Shown here in pieces: positions 29,778-41,200 of a stretch of 64,000 bases of DNA. The notes below the pieces were generated by a model. The model did not search any database. It worked only from the letters and a program-made list of their open reading frames with translations, and was not told where the DNA came from. Both the position numbers and the translations under genes were made by a program. The DNA is from Vicinamibacteria bacterium (GTDB lineage: Bacteria > Acidobacteriota > Vicinamibacteria > Marinacidobacterales > Marinacidobacteraceae): NCBI GenBank assembly GCA_963668695.2, contig CAXXLQ010000004.1, positions 2,656,001 to 2,720,000 of the forward strand. Direction: 5' to 3'. Numbering within the stretch: the stretch's first letter is position 1; each line of letters starts with the position of its first letter.

Positions 29778-32115
29778 GTGCAGAGGTATCGGACACTCCG
29801 TCCAGAGGAAAGAAGACGCCCGCTTCATCAGAGGACAGGGGCGCTATATCGATGACATCAAGCTCCCGGGGATGCTCTATCTGGACATCGCCCGGAGTCC
29901 CTACGCGCACGCGAAGATCACGAAGATCCACGAGGACACCGCGACGTCGGTGCCTGGTGTTGCCGCCGTGATCACCGGCAAGACGCTCGAGGGATTCAAG
30001 CTCACCTGGATGCCCACGCTGATGAGCGACCAGCAGATGGTGCTGCCGGTGGACACCGTCAAGTACCAGGCACAGGAAGTGGCCGCCATCGTGGCGACCA
30101 CGCGCTATGCCGCGGCCGACGGAGTGGCAGCCCTCGAGGTGGACTACGACCCGCTTCCGGTGGTCGTGGACCCGCACGAGGCGCTGAAGCCGGGCGCCAC
30201 CAAGGTTCGGGACGACAAGGAGAGCAACCACATCTTCCACTGGGAGCATGGCGATGCCGATGCGACGGCACGATCGCTCGCCGAGTGCGACACCGTCGTC
30301 AAGCAGAAGATGCACCTCCCGCGGATCCACGTGGTGTCCATCGAGACCTGCGGCTGCGTGGCGAGCTGGAATCCGGTGGAGGGTCACCTGACCCTTTACC
30401 TGACCACCCAGGCGCCCCACGCCATCCGTACCGTGGTGGCGCTGGTGACCGCCCACCTCGGACTCGAGGAGCACAAGATCCGGGTCATTTCCCCCGACAT
30501 CGGCGGCGGATTCGGCGGCAAGGTACCGGTCTATCCCGGCTACGTGCTGGCGATCGCCGCGTCGGTGGTGACCGGGAAGCCGGTCAAGTGGATCGAGGAC
30601 CGCTCGGAGAATCTCCAGGCGGATTCGTTCGCCCGGGATTACCACATCAGCGCGACGCTCGGGTCGAGGAACGGCAAGGTGGTGGCGCTGAAGCTGGACA
30701 CCGTAGCCGATCACGGCTACACCGACGCGGCGGCCAATCCGTCGAAGTTTCCCGCCGGGCTCTACCACATCGCCACCGGGTCCTACGATCTCGAAAACGC
30801 CCACGTGGCGGTGGACGGGGTGTATACGAACAAGCCGCCGGGCGGAATCGCCTACCGGTGTTCGTTCCGGGTGACCGAGGCGGTACATGCCATCGAGCGG
30901 ATGGTGGATCTCCTGGCCCGCGAGAACGGGGAGGATCCCGCCGACTTCCGCCTCCGGAACTTCATCAAGCCGGAGCAGTTCCCCTATACGTCGGTACTCG
31001 GCTGGGAGTACGACAGCGGGAATTACGGGGCGGCGCTCGAAAAGGCCATGGGCATGATCGGCTACCAGGAGCTTCGCGCCGAGCAGGCGGAAAAGCGCGC
31101 GCGCGGCGAGCTGATGGGGATCGGGATTTCGTCGTTCACGGAGATCGTCGGGGCCGGGCCGTCCAAGACCTTCGACATCCTGGGAATCAAGATGTTCGAT
31201 TCGAGCGAGATCCGGATCCACCCCACCGGAAAGGCGATCGCCCGCTTCGGAACCAAATCCCAGGGCCAGGGGCACGAAACCACCTATGCCCAGATCATCG
31301 CCGAGGAACTCGGGATCCCACCCGAGCACATCCAGGTCGAAGAGGGGGATACCGACACCGCTCCCTACGGCCTCGGAACCTACGCGAGCCGTTCGACCCC
31401 CGTCGCGGGAGCAGCCGCGGCGATGGCTTCCCGGAAGATCCGGGAGAAGGCGAAAAAGATCGCTGCCCACCTCCTGGAGGCCGACGAGGCCGATCTCGTG
31501 TGGGAGCGGGGGAAGTTCTACGTGAAGGGCTCGCCCGACCGGGCCAAGACCATCCAGGACATCGCCTTCGCGGCCTACACGAACCACCCCCCGGGGATGG
31601 AAGCGGGGCTCGAAGCGGTCTCCTACTACGACCCGCCGAACCTGACCTTCCCGTTCGGGTCCTACATCTGCTGCGTGGACATTGACCGGGGGACCGGTCA
31701 GGTCAAGATTCGCCGCTTCGTGGCGGTGGACGACTGCGGCGTGCGGATCAACCCGATGATCGTGGAGGGACAGATCCACGGCGGGCTCGCGATGGGCATC
31801 GCGCCGGCACTGTTCGAGGAGATTTCCTACGACGCCGAGGGCAACATCACGGGGGGCAACCTCATGGAGTACCTGGTGCCCACCGCGATGGAGACCCCGC
31901 ACTGGGAACTGGGCGAAACGGTGACGCCGTCGCCGCACCACCCCATCGGCGCCAAGGGAGTCGGCGAGTCCGCCACGGTGGGCGCCCCCCCGGCCGTCGT
32001 GAACGCGGTGGTGGACGCCCTCTGGCATCTCGGGGTGCGCCACGTCGAGATCCCCATGACCCCGGCGCGCGTCTGGAACATTCTGAACGAACACGGCGCC
32101 GCCGCGACCCGGTAG
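29770..32115 (+). CDS. coxL: Aerobic CO dehydrogenase large subunit, form I
   Basis: AYRCSFR active-site motif, GGGFGGK, QGQGHET, AKGVGES; gene order M-S-L. Confidence 0.95.
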   Translation: MAECRGIGHSVQRKEDARFIRGQGRYIDDIKLPGMLYLDIARSPYAHAKITKIHEDTATSVPGVAAVITGKTLEGFKLTWMPTLMSDQQMVLPVDTVKYQAQEVAAIVATTRYAAADGVAALEVDYDPLPVVVDPHEALKPGATKVRDDKESNHIFHWEHGDADATARSLAECDTVVKQKMHLPRIHVVSIETCGCVASWNPVEGHLTLYLTTQAPHAIRTVVALVTAHLGLEEHKIRVISPDIGGGFGGKVPVYPGYVLAIAASVVTGKPVKWIEDRSENLQADSFARDYHISATLGSRNGKVVALKLDTVADHGYTDAAANPSKFPAGLYHIATGSYDLENAHVAVDGVYTNKPPGGIAYRCSFRVTEAVHAIERMVDLLARENGEDPADFRLRNFIKPEQFPYTSVLGWEYDSGNYGAALEKAMGMIGYQELRAEQAEKRARGELMGIGISSFTEIVGAGPSKTFDILGIKMFDSSEIRIHPTGKAIARFGTKSQGQGHETTYAQIIAEELGIPPEHIQVEEGDTDTAPYGLGTYASRSTPVAGAAAAMASRKIREKAKKIAAHLLEADEADLVWERGKFYVKGSPDRAKTIQDIAFAAYTNHPPGMEAGLEAVSYYDPPNLTFPFGSYICCVDIDRGTGQVKIRRFVAVDDCGVRINPMIVEGQIHGGLAMGIAPALFEEISYDAEGNITGGNLMEYLVPTAMETPHWELGETVTPSPHHPIGAKGVGESATVGAPPAVVNAVVDALWHLGVRHVEIPMTPARVWNILNEHGAAATR

Positions 32116-32136
32116 CCACCCGAAGCGGCTGCCAGC

Positions 32137-33090
32137 GTGAGCGGCGGGCCGACGGATGTCCTCGCCGCGGCAGCCCGTCTTCATCGCGACGGTGTGCCGT
32201 TCGTGCTGGCGACGGTGGTCCGGGCGGAACGACCGACTTCGGCGCGGCCGGGAGCGAAAGCGATCGTTACCGGCGACGGGCAGTTTCAGGGTTTCGTCGG
32301 GGGTACATGCGTCAAACCGGCGGTTCGCCGGGAATCCCTGCGGGCGCTCGCCGACGGAGCTCCCCGGCTGCTGCGCATCTCGCCCGATAGCCCTCCGGAA
32401 GGCGCCGAAGCCGAGGAGGGGGTACTCGAGGAACACATGGCCTGTGTGAGCGGGGGCGCGCTCGACATCCATCTGGAGCCCTACCTGCCTTCGCGCCGGC
32501 TCGTGCTCGCGGGCAATTCGCCCATCGTGGAAGCGCTGGCGGCGCTCGGTGAGACGCTTGGTATGGACGTGCGAACCGCCGGAGCGGACGAGGACCTGGC
32601 AGCAGCCGCGGAGGGAGCCTTCGTGGTGGTTGCCGGCCACGGGGAAGGGGAATGGCAGGCGCTGAAGGCCGGACTCGCTGGTGGACGCGCCCGCTACGTG
32701 GGTCTCGTGGCCAGTCCCCGCCGGGCGGCAGCCGTGCGCGAGCGTCTCATGGGAATGGGCGTTTCCGCCGAGGACGCCGCACGACTCCGTTCTCCCGCCG
32801 GCCTCGACATCGGCGCTGAAACTCCGGGAGAGATCGCCCTCAGCATCCTCGCGCAGATCGTCGAGGACCGCCGCTCGGCTGACGAGGCGCAAGTGGCCCC
32901 GGAAGAGCACGCCCCGTCCCCCGCGGTCGGTATCTCGCTGGAACTTCCGGCGAACGACCTCGCGGTGGACCCGATCTGCGGAATGACCGTGTCCCGGGAC
33001 TCGCCCCACCGCGTGGAGTCCGGAGGGCAGACCTACTGGTTCTGCTGCGCCGGCTGCGCCGAGACTTTCGCCGCTCAGGCCGGAGGGTGA
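32137..33090 (+). CDS. XdhC/CoxF family maturase with C-terminal YHS/TRASH domain
   Basis: GFVGGTC, C.SGG....LEP, PAGLDIGAETP.EIA; tail DPICGMTV..YWFCCAGC. Confidence 0.85.
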   Translation: MSGGPTDVLAAAARLHRDGVPFVLATVVRAERPTSARPGAKAIVTGDGQFQGFVGGTCVKPAVRRESLRALADGAPRLLRISPDSPPEGAEAEEGVLEEHMACVSGGALDIHLEPYLPSRRLVLAGNSPIVEALAALGETLGMDVRTAGADEDLAAAAEGAFVVVAGHGEGEWQALKAGLAGGRARYVGLVASPRRAAAVRERLMGMGVSAEDAARLRSPAGLDIGAETPGEIALSILAQIVEDRRSADEAQVAPEEHAPSPAVGISLELPANDLAVDPICGMTVSRDSPHRVESGGQTYWFCCAGCAETFAAQAGG

Positions 33091-33191
33091 GGGACCGCCG
33101 GCCTCGGCTGGCGCCGCCCGCCGCAGGAGGCTCGTTAGTTGGAGCCAAATCGGGCGAAACGCGCGCTGTTTCCCGCTTTCGCGGCGCTTAG

Positions 33192-33370
33192 CAGCCTGTG
33201 GTGGAACCCGGGTGAGCGCCGAGGCCGGTGAGGCGCCCGGCTGACAAGGCGCGTGAGGGAGGAATACCGGGTGTATTTCGACCGAAACGCAACGCAGAAC
33301 GCAGCGAAGCGGAGTGGTTCAGCCGGGATGGATCGCCGGCCGAACGCCGCCTGGGTTTCACCACCGGCTG
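33192..33370 (+). mobile_element. MITE copy B (179 bp, TTAG duplication)
   Basis: TTAG-CAGCCTGTGG...CCACCGGCTG-TTAG. Confidence 0.9.
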
Positions 33371-33380
33371 TTAGGACGGC

Positions 33381-33857
33381 CTACTGGACGTCCGACCCCG
33401 CCATCCAGCCAAGGAACGCTCGAACCTGCTCCTGGACCGTATCCAGTGTTTCGGGTAGTCGCTCTTCGAGAGCCCGGATGCGTTCCGCGTCCATCAGGTA
33501 TCCGTAGACATTCCGAAACGCGTGTCGAAAAGCGAGATATTCCTGAAGCCGGGCCGCGAGATCCGCAGTGATCAGGGCCCGACGAACTCCCGGGATTTCG
33601 AGGGCCATGTCTGTCACGAGCTGCCTGTGCCACTGCTCGCCCCGGGGCACTCCGCCGTCCACTTCGTCCGCGATCCGTCGAAACACCCGTTCGATTCCGC
33701 TGTAGAAGTCATGGAGGATCGAACCCCGGGCGCGCAAGCCGTACGTGACGTCGTCGCGTGGCGCCGCTGCCGCCTCTTCGCGCAGGGCGGCGAGATGATC
33801 GAGTTCGTTCTCGATCTCGACGATCAGACGCCGGGTGATCCTCTCCTCGGGGGTCAC
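33381..33857 (-). CDS. HEPN (HepT-like) ribonuclease toxin
   Basis: LHDFYSGIE, P.GEQWH, FRHAFRNVY. Confidence 0.85.
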   Translation of the reverse strand: MTPEERITRRLIVEIENELDHLAALREEAAAAPRDDVTYGLRARGSILHDFYSGIERVFRRIADEVDGGVPRGEQWHRQLVTDMALEIPGVRRALITADLAARLQEYLAFRHAFRNVYGYLMDAERIRALEERLPETLDTVQEQVRAFLGWMAGSDVQ

Positions 33858-34198
33858 AGCGGAACGCCTTCCTCCCGGATCGTTCGCTGCAGGAACTCGG
33901 AGGCCGTTTCGATGGGTACCAGGTCGAGCCGGAAGTCGGTCATCGCCTGAGCGCGCGCGAACACCGAGAAGAACCGCTCAGGACGGAGGCCGCCGACCGC
34001 GAGATCCAGATCCGAGCGCGCGGTGAACCGCTTCTCGGGGAGGAAGGCCGAGCCGAAACCGACAACCCGGTCCGCGCCCTGGGTCAGGAGGAACTCTCCG
34101 ATCCGGCGGGCGTCGCTCCGCGCCTGCTCTCCGCCATCCGACGCGAAGCGGGTCTTGCGGATGTGTTCCAGCAGCACCTGACGGTCCATGCTCGCCAC
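33854..34198 (-). CDS. Minimal nucleotidyltransferase (MNT) antitoxin
   Basis: FGS...SDLDLAV.G, LDLV; coupled to the HEPN gene. Confidence 0.88.
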   Translation of the reverse strand: MASMDRQVLLEHIRKTRFASDGGEQARSDARRIGEFLLTQGADRVVGFGSAFLPEKRFTARSDLDLAVGGLRPERFFSVFARAQAMTDFRLDLVPIETASEFLQRTIREEGVPL

Positions 34199-34276
34199 TC
34201 TAAACCGCTTTCGCGGTCCCGTCAGCGGCGGTGCAGCCGCCGGGAACCAGACGATCCGTAGCGTAGGTCCATCTCA

Positions 34277-35527
34277 ATGCTTCACCAACGGCGCCTGGAA
34301 CCCACGCTAGCCTTGGCGGAAATGCAGGACAGATCCTGTCCGGCTCTGGTTCTGGCCCGGGCGGCCGCCTGCGGCGGCGGTTTGCTGGCGATGCTGGCCG
34401 GCGCCCTGTGGGTCGTTGGCTGCGGCGACTCGACGTCGCCCACGAGTCCTCCGCTGGGACCGATCCCCACCGCCATCCAGATCCGCGGCCTCCCGGAGGA
34501 GCCGTTCGAGGTGGGAGCGGTCGTCCAGCTCACCGCCTGGGCGACCTTCAGCGACGGCGCCAGTCAGCAGGTGGATCCGGTCTGGAGTTCGAGCACCCCG
34601 GCGGTGGCGAGCGTGGACCAGAACGGTTTCGTGTTTGCCCACGCCGGGGGCGAGACCCGCATCACCGCCGTCCTGGGGCCCGCCACTACCGAGGCGGGAG
34701 TCACGGTTGCGCCGGCGAATCCGGACATCTACGACCTGAGCGGGCAGGTGTTCAACCACAACGGCCGCCCGGTTGCGGGAGTGCTGGTCGTTGCGCTGGA
34801 CGGACCCGCGGCCGGCCGGGGGACGGTGACCGCTGGGGACGGCTGGTACACCCTGCACGAGCTGGAGGGGGATACCTCCGTTGCGGCGCGGAAGGACGGT
34901 TACGAGGAGGAGATCGGGCTCGCGACCAGGCAGTCGGGGCGGCTCCACTTCATGCTGGCCGGCGGTGACCCGCGGGAGGCGTTCGGCCACGGGCAGTGGA
35001 TCGTGGGTGACGAAATCCTGCCCGGCAGGTACTTCACCGATCCCGACCCCGGGTGCTTCTGGCAGCGGCGTGCGGGGTTCTCGGTTGGAGCGCTGGCCGG
35101 CGCGGCCGCGCTCTTGCCGTTCGACACCGAGCCGGATCACGATTTCATCGCCGGCAGGGAACTCCGTTTCGATTCCCGGCAGGAGATCGTGGACATCAGC
35201 CCAGGTGACGCGGCATTCCGGTCCACGTCGGAGTGTGGCGAGTGGCGGACGGAGCCCCCGCACGTCGCCTCGCAGGAGCCCATCCGTCGCGGGACCTGGC
35301 TGGTGGGCGCCCAGGTTCTCTCCGGCACCTATCGCGCGAGCGCGCGGAGGCTGTGCTACTGGGCGCGACTCGCCGGATTCGGGGCCACGCAGGACGACGT
35401 CGTCGAGGAAGGCCTCGTCGAGGCGGACGCGGGCGCGGAACTCACGGTCACGATCGAGGATTCCGACGCCGGCTTTACCACCGACGATGACTGCGGTCCC
35501 TGGACCCGCGTCGAAGACCCGCCGTAA
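34277..35527 (+). CDS. Hypothetical lipoprotein with Ig-like and carboxypeptidase-regulatory-like domains and duplicated Cys-containing C-terminal modules
   Basis: VVGCGD lipobox; WSSSTPAVASVD (Big_2-like); twice G.W.VG..I/L.G.Y..C.W.R. Confidence 0.7.
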   Translation: MLHQRRLEPTLALAEMQDRSCPALVLARAAACGGGLLAMLAGALWVVGCGDSTSPTSPPLGPIPTAIQIRGLPEEPFEVGAVVQLTAWATFSDGASQQVDPVWSSSTPAVASVDQNGFVFAHAGGETRITAVLGPATTEAGVTVAPANPDIYDLSGQVFNHNGRPVAGVLVVALDGPAAGRGTVTAGDGWYTLHELEGDTSVAARKDGYEEEIGLATRQSGRLHFMLAGGDPREAFGHGQWIVGDEILPGRYFTDPDPGCFWQRRAGFSVGALAGAAALLPFDTEPDHDFIAGRELRFDSRQEIVDISPGDAAFRSTSECGEWRTEPPHVASQEPIRRGTWLVGAQVLSGTYRASARRLCYWARLAGFGATQDDVVEEGLVEADAGAELTVTIEDSDAGFTTDDDCGPWTRVEDPP

Positions 35528-35569
35528 CGGAAGTCGGGTTCCGGCCGGGTCGGCCCGAACGGCGGACCG

Positions 35570-37969
35570 TCAGAAACTGACGTCCAGTTCGATGCCGATG
35601 GTCCGCGGCTCTCCGGCGCGCCCGAAGGCGCTGAAGAGCGGAACGCTCGACTGCCAGGCCCTGAGGAGATAGGCCTCGTCGAGCAGGTTCCGCCCGAACG
35701 CGAACACTCCGAGGGATCCCCGCCGATAGCCGAACCGGGCATTGACGAGCGTCCGTCCCCCGGCGCGGAAGCGCGAGTCGTTGTCGCGGTCCGAGAACGC
35801 ATCCGCCTGGGCCGCGATCTCGGCGTTCCCCGACCAGGAGTCGCCGAGGTGGAGCGAGAGCCCGGTGAGCCAGGACCACGCCGGCGCGTGCGGAAACTCG
35901 TTCCCCGTGAAGTCCCGCTCCCCGTCGCGGAAGTCGTCAAACCGGGTGCTCAGCAGTCCCGCGGACCCGTAGAGCTGCACCCGCGCATCCACCCAGTAGC
36001 CAGCCTGGGCTTCCAGCCCGCTGACCGTGGACTCTCCGGCATTGACGGTGACGGTGTCCACCGGGAGGCCCAGGTCCGTCATGACCCGCACCTGCTGGTT
36101 GGTCCAGTCGGTGTAGAAGACGTTCCCGTTGAAGAACCAGCGCCGGTCGGGCGCCGCCGCGCGCAGCGCGAACTCGACGTTGCTCGTGAACTCCGGATCG
36201 AAATCGCTCACCCGTTGGCTGAGGACCGCGATCGAGCGTCCGCCCGCCCGGTAGCCGCGCTGCCAACCGACCGAGGTGGAAAGTTCATCGCTCCAGTCGC
36301 GGGTGAGGGTCGCCTTGGGGAGGAAAGCGCGGTAGGACGCCTCCAATTGCTGCGGGGGGCTTCCCCCGGGAGGGAAGTGCGGCAGCGGCGGATCGGAGAC
36401 CACACCCTGGGTGTTGATGGTTTCCCGGCTCTCGTTGTCGTAGCGCGCGCCGAGCGTGAGGGTCCAGGTCTCGGCCAGCCCCAGGTCGAACTCGCCGAAG
36501 AGGGCCGCGTTGCGCGTCGCTTCTTCGGTGTTGAAGAACGAAGTCAGCACGAACCCCGGGGGAAGGCCGGCCAGTTCCCCGGGGCCCGCGGCATCTGCCT
36601 GCAAGGTATCGGTCAGGTCGGCGAAATAGAGGCCGACCACCCCGCGCCGCCGGCCCGGCCCCGAGTAACGGAGGAGGAGTTCCTGCGTGATCCACTCGTC
36701 ATCGGTCGTGTAGTCCAGGACCCCGGCGGAGGCGGGAGTCTGGTCCAGATCCTCGGCGCGGCGGTAGTCGTGCTGGTAGATGCTGGAGATGGATTCGAGG
36801 GACAGCGAGTGGCTGAGGTCGTAAGCGAGGTCCAGGGTCACCGCGTGGTGTTTTGAACCATCCTCGGCGGCGTGATCCGAGATGTTCACGCGCTCTTCCG
36901 GGAACCGGTCCACGTTGATGACTCCGTCGCCTCCGCGGCTCTCGGTCGCCTGATAGCTGAACATGCCCCGGAACCGCGCGGTCGGGTCGAAGCGCAGCTT
37001 CATCCGGACCGTGAGGGCGTCCCGGAAGTCATAGGAATCCTCGCCGCGCGTCGGGTTCGCGACGAAGCCGTCGCTCTTGCGATTGTCCACGGCAAGGCGG
37101 AACGCGGCCTTGCCGGCCACGATGGGAAGGTTCAGGACCGCCGAGGCGTGCGTCGCACCCAGGTTCCCGAGCCGGGCGCGCGCCCGCACCGAGGTCCGGT
37201 ACTCGGGATCGGCGCTCTTCATGACGATGGCACCGGCGAGCGCGTTCCTCCCCTGCTGGGTGGACTGCGGTCCCCGGAAGATCTCGACCCGGTCCATGTC
37301 CCAGGTGCTGAAGGGACCGAAGAAGGTGCCCTGATAGCCCTGGACGGTGGCGCCGTCCACCTTCACGCTCAGGAGGAGGCCGCCTTCCGCTCCGAAACCC
37401 TGCTGGCTGATCCCGCGGATCGAGAAGCCGCGGTTGTCCGAAGAGGAGTTCACGTTCGGCGTCATTGCCACCAGCCGGTAGAGGTCGGTGTCGGTGCCCG
37501 CGTCGAGTTGCGCTCCACTCACCAGCGCCACGCTGGTCGGCTCCTCCTGGAGGCTCCGTTCCTGCTGCTGTCCGGTCACCGTGACGCGCTCCGCAAAGGA
37601 CATCTCGAGAGGGATGCTGATGCGGACTTCGCCCGCGCTGCCCACCGTGATCTCGATCGTCCGGTCCGTAAACCCGCGGCCGAGCACCGTCAGCCGGTGG
37701 AGACCTTCCGGCAGCGTGTCGAAGCGGAAAGAACCCGCCGCATCGCTGGTGGTTTCCCGGATCTCGCCGCTCGCCAGGGTGAGGATCACGTCGGCGCCGG
37801 GAACGCGAAGGCCCTGGGGGTCCGTGACCTCGCCCACGATCTCGGCGTTCGCGGCGGCGAAGGCGGTCTCCGACGATGGTGCGACGCGTGCTTCCGGTGA
37901 CGCGGGCAGCAGGAGGGCTCCGAGCGCGGCGGCGCCGATTGAAAGGCAGCGCGGGACAAAGCGGAACAT
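35570..37969 (-). CDS. TonB-dependent receptor
   Basis: VTVTG, FSIRG, RVEIFRGPQST..GRNA..G plug, C-terminal F. Confidence 0.92.
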   Translation of the reverse strand: MFRFVPRCLSIGAAALGALLLPASPEARVAPSSETAFAAANAEIVGEVTDPQGLRVPGADVILTLASGEIRETTSDAAGSFRFDTLPEGLHRLTVLGRGFTDRTIEITVGSAGEVRISIPLEMSFAERVTVTGQQQERSLQEEPTSVALVSGAQLDAGTDTDLYRLVAMTPNVNSSSDNRGFSIRGISQQGFGAEGGLLLSVKVDGATVQGYQGTFFGPFSTWDMDRVEIFRGPQSTQQGRNALAGAIVMKSADPEYRTSVRARARLGNLGATHASAVLNLPIVAGKAAFRLAVDNRKSDGFVANPTRGEDSYDFRDALTVRMKLRFDPTARFRGMFSYQATESRGGDGVINVDRFPEERVNISDHAAEDGSKHHAVTLDLAYDLSHSLSLESISSIYQHDYRRAEDLDQTPASAGVLDYTTDDEWITQELLLRYSGPGRRRGVVGLYFADLTDTLQADAAGPGELAGLPPGFVLTSFFNTEEATRNAALFGEFDLGLAETWTLTLGARYDNESRETINTQGVVSDPPLPHFPPGGSPPQQLEASYRAFLPKATLTRDWSDELSTSVGWQRGYRAGGRSIAVLSQRVSDFDPEFTSNVEFALRAAAPDRRWFFNGNVFYTDWTNQQVRVMTDLGLPVDTVTVNAGESTVSGLEAQAGYWVDARVQLYGSAGLLSTRFDDFRDGERDFTGNEFPHAPAWSWLTGLSLHLGDSWSGNAEIAAQADAFSDRDNDSRFRAGGRTLVNARFGYRRGSLGVFAFGRNLLDEAYLLRAWQSSVPLFSAFGRAGEPRTIGIELDVSF

Positions 37970-38259
37970 GGCGGAACCTCAGCCGGGAAGACTACGCCAC
38001 GCCGGCTTCCTCAGAGGGCTTGGCAGGACGCCTGCAGGAAGCTACGGACGGTGCGGAGGTTCCCGCGGCTCTGGGCGGTGCGACGCCATTCGCAGCGACA
38101 TCGAAGGACGGCGAAACCGCCGGCGGCCAGCTGCCTCTCCCGGGGGTTCCGCCACGCCAAACACCATGGGTGTCTTGACGTTAGCCCCGTTGCCGAGAAA
38201 CCCCACTGACACAGTCGGGTTTCTCGTTTCTTGTCTTTCTGCCTCCGGGAGGTATTCGT

Positions 38260-41200
38260 ATGTCGAATCCACGGATCCGGCGTGGCGCCGGCTTTGCCGC
38301 TCTCGCCCTTGCCGCCGGGACGCTCCTCGGAGTCCCGGCTGCCGACGCCCAGTTTGCGCGCGCCAGTCTTGCCGGTACGGTCACCGACGCGGGCGGGCTC
38401 GCGCTTCCCGGCGTCACGGTCACCGCGACCAACGCCGATACCGGCGCCACCCGGGTGGTTACCACTTCGGGCAACGGGCGCTACGTCCTGAACGGGCTGA
38501 CTCCCGGCCCCTACAACCTGAGCTTCGAACTCTCGGCATTCCGTCCGGTCAGGCAGGACGGGCTCCAACTCGTGGTGGGGCAGGAGGCCAGTCTGAACGT
38601 CACCCTGGAACTCGGGGGCATCGAGGAGACGGTGGTGGTCACCGCCGAGGCGCCGGTGGTGGACGTGACCTCGAAGGAGGTTGGCGCCACGGTGACTACC
38701 GAAACCATGGAGTCGCTCCCGACCCAGTCCCGCAGCTTCATCGACTTTGCCGGCCTGATCCCCGGTGTGGTGCCCAACGTGGCCACCGCCTCCACCGCCG
38801 CCGACTCCATCTTCGTGAACGGCCAGGACAACAACAACAACTCGTTCAACGTGGACGGGGCGAACAACGACGACGACGTCATCGGTGGGAGCGCCGGAGC
38901 GCAGACGCGTACCGCGATCGAGGCGGTCCAGGAGTTCCAGATCCTCACCACCCAGTTCGACGCCGAGTTCGGACGTACCCAGGGCGGCGTGATCAACGCC
39001 GTCACGAAGAGCGGAACGAACAGTGTCCGCGGCACCGTTTTCTACTACCTGCAGAACGCGGGCCTCAACGCGAAGAACTTCTTCACCGAGCGCAACAATC
39101 AGGACCAGCCGGACCTGAGCTTCCAATCCGTCGGCGGCGTGATCGGCGGACCGATCATCCGGGACCGGTTCCACTTCTTCACCAGCGTGGAACGGCTGAC
39201 CCCGCAAGAGGGAATCGCCCGCACCTTCGAGACCCGCCCGGACCTCTCGTTCGTGACCACCGAGGACAACCTGCTCCGTAACCTGCTGCTGAAGTTCGAT
39301 TTCCAGATCAACGACAGCCACAAGGCGGCCATCCGCGGCCTCCAGGAATACTCCCCGCAGTACAACCAGATCATCGGCGATGCCACGACCCTGGAAGCGT
39401 CCCGCGAAGAGCAGGACACCGACACCAGCGTGATCGCCTCCCTCGACAGTGTGGTGGGCGACCGGGGCTTCAACAACCTGCGGGTGTCCTTCACCGAAGA
39501 GGACGTGGCGTTCGCCAACCCCGGGTTCAACAACAACGGCCAGACTTTCGAGGCGCAGCGCGCCCGCGCTGTCAGCCTTTCGCGGGACACCGTCGTCGAG
39601 GGGGCGAGCACCGTGGCCTCCCACCGTCTCAACCAGTCCTACCAGGTGGACGACACCTTTTCGATCTTCGTGCCCGATTGGGGAGGCGACCACAACATCC
39701 GCATGGGATTCAACTTCTCGCGGCGGTCGGTGGCGCGCAACAACTCTTCCACCGCGAACGGCCAGTTCGGTTTCGACACCGACACTTCCTGGAATCGGGA
39801 GGATCTCGCCACCTATCCGAACTGGTTCTCGGTACGCGTCGGGGGCTCCTCCGGCGAGAACGCCACGGTCCCCGACAACAACGTGTGGGGTCTTTTCTTC
39901 CAGGATGACTGGCAGCCCGCCGAGAATCTGACGTTGAACCTCGGCGTCCGGTGGGACAAGGAAGACCTGACCGACGACAACAACAACATCGGTCCACGGC
40001 TCGGCCTCACCTGGGATCCGACCGGAGAGGGACGGACCGCGGTCAAGGCAGGCTTCGGGCGCTTTTTCGAGCGGTTCCAGCTCGGCTTCTATGAGGACTA
40101 CTTCTTCGACGCCGCCCAGCTTCCCTTCGGGTTCACCACCCGGGTGCCGGGCGGGGGCAACGATCCCCAGATGTTCTGGGACATCGTCCACGGGAACGGG
40201 ATTACCTCGCTCAACGGCCTCCGGGACTTCGTCGCAAGCGATCTCGAGGCCAACAACACCGGAAGCCTCAACAGCCAGCCGACGGTGCCCTATCCGGGCC
40301 GGGTGACTCCCTACGCCGACACCCTGAGTATCGGCGTTCAGCACGAAATCCTCGCCGGCACCTCGTTCGGCATGGACTTCATCCACACCCGCAACCGCAA
40401 CGTGAACGTGGGGGCGGATCTGAATCCGTTCTCGCGCAGCCTCGGCGCGCGCCCGAACATCTCCATCCTGAACGGACAGCAGGTGAACCTCGGTTCGATC
40501 CGCACCTACCTGAACGCGGGCGAGAGCGACTACAACGGGCTGCAGTTCTCCCTGAGGCGCCGGTTCAGCGATTCCCCGATCGGGCGGATGAGCCTCACCG
40601 CTTCCTATACCGCCGCGTCCCAGAAGGGGAACGTGAACGCCGGCGGAGTGCCGGGTGCCCGCTTCCAGGCGTACCAGCCTGTGGTGGAACCCGGGTGAGC
40701 GCCGAGAGCAGCGAGGCGCCCGCCTGACAAGGCGCGTGAGGGAGGAATACCGCGTGTATTCCGACCGAAACGCAACGATGAGCGGCGCGAAGCGACGCGG
40801 TTCAGGCGGGATGGATCGCCGCTCGAACGCCGCCTGGGTTTCGCCACAGGCTGGTACACCCGGACGGGATACAACTTCGACACCGGCGAAGTCATCGGGG
40901 AGGCGCTCCAACTCAACATGGACGATCCGGCCAACACCGACCGCCCCTCTCCGTGGTTCCGCACCCACAACTTCGTAACCTCGTAGAGCTGGCTGGTGCC
41001 GGGAACTTCCTGGTCGGACAGCGCCGGGCTCTATGTGACCGGCATCTTCCGGTACCTCTCGGGCTCCCGTGACACTCTCGAGACGAACGACCGCGAGGAC
41101 AACAACCAGCGGATGGTCGCTCCGGCAGGGTCCTATAGCGCCAACCGCGACGCGGACATCGCCCGCAGCACCGACTTCGACGGCAAGATCAATGGGCTCG

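Noticed and set aside
40696-40986. Selenocysteine (TGA plus hairpin) or pyrrolysine (TAG) recoding of the TBDR
   Set aside because: The TGA and hairpin belong to the MITE and occur in intergenic copies too; no sel or pyl genes here; TAG and TGA are used as normal stops throughout the window.
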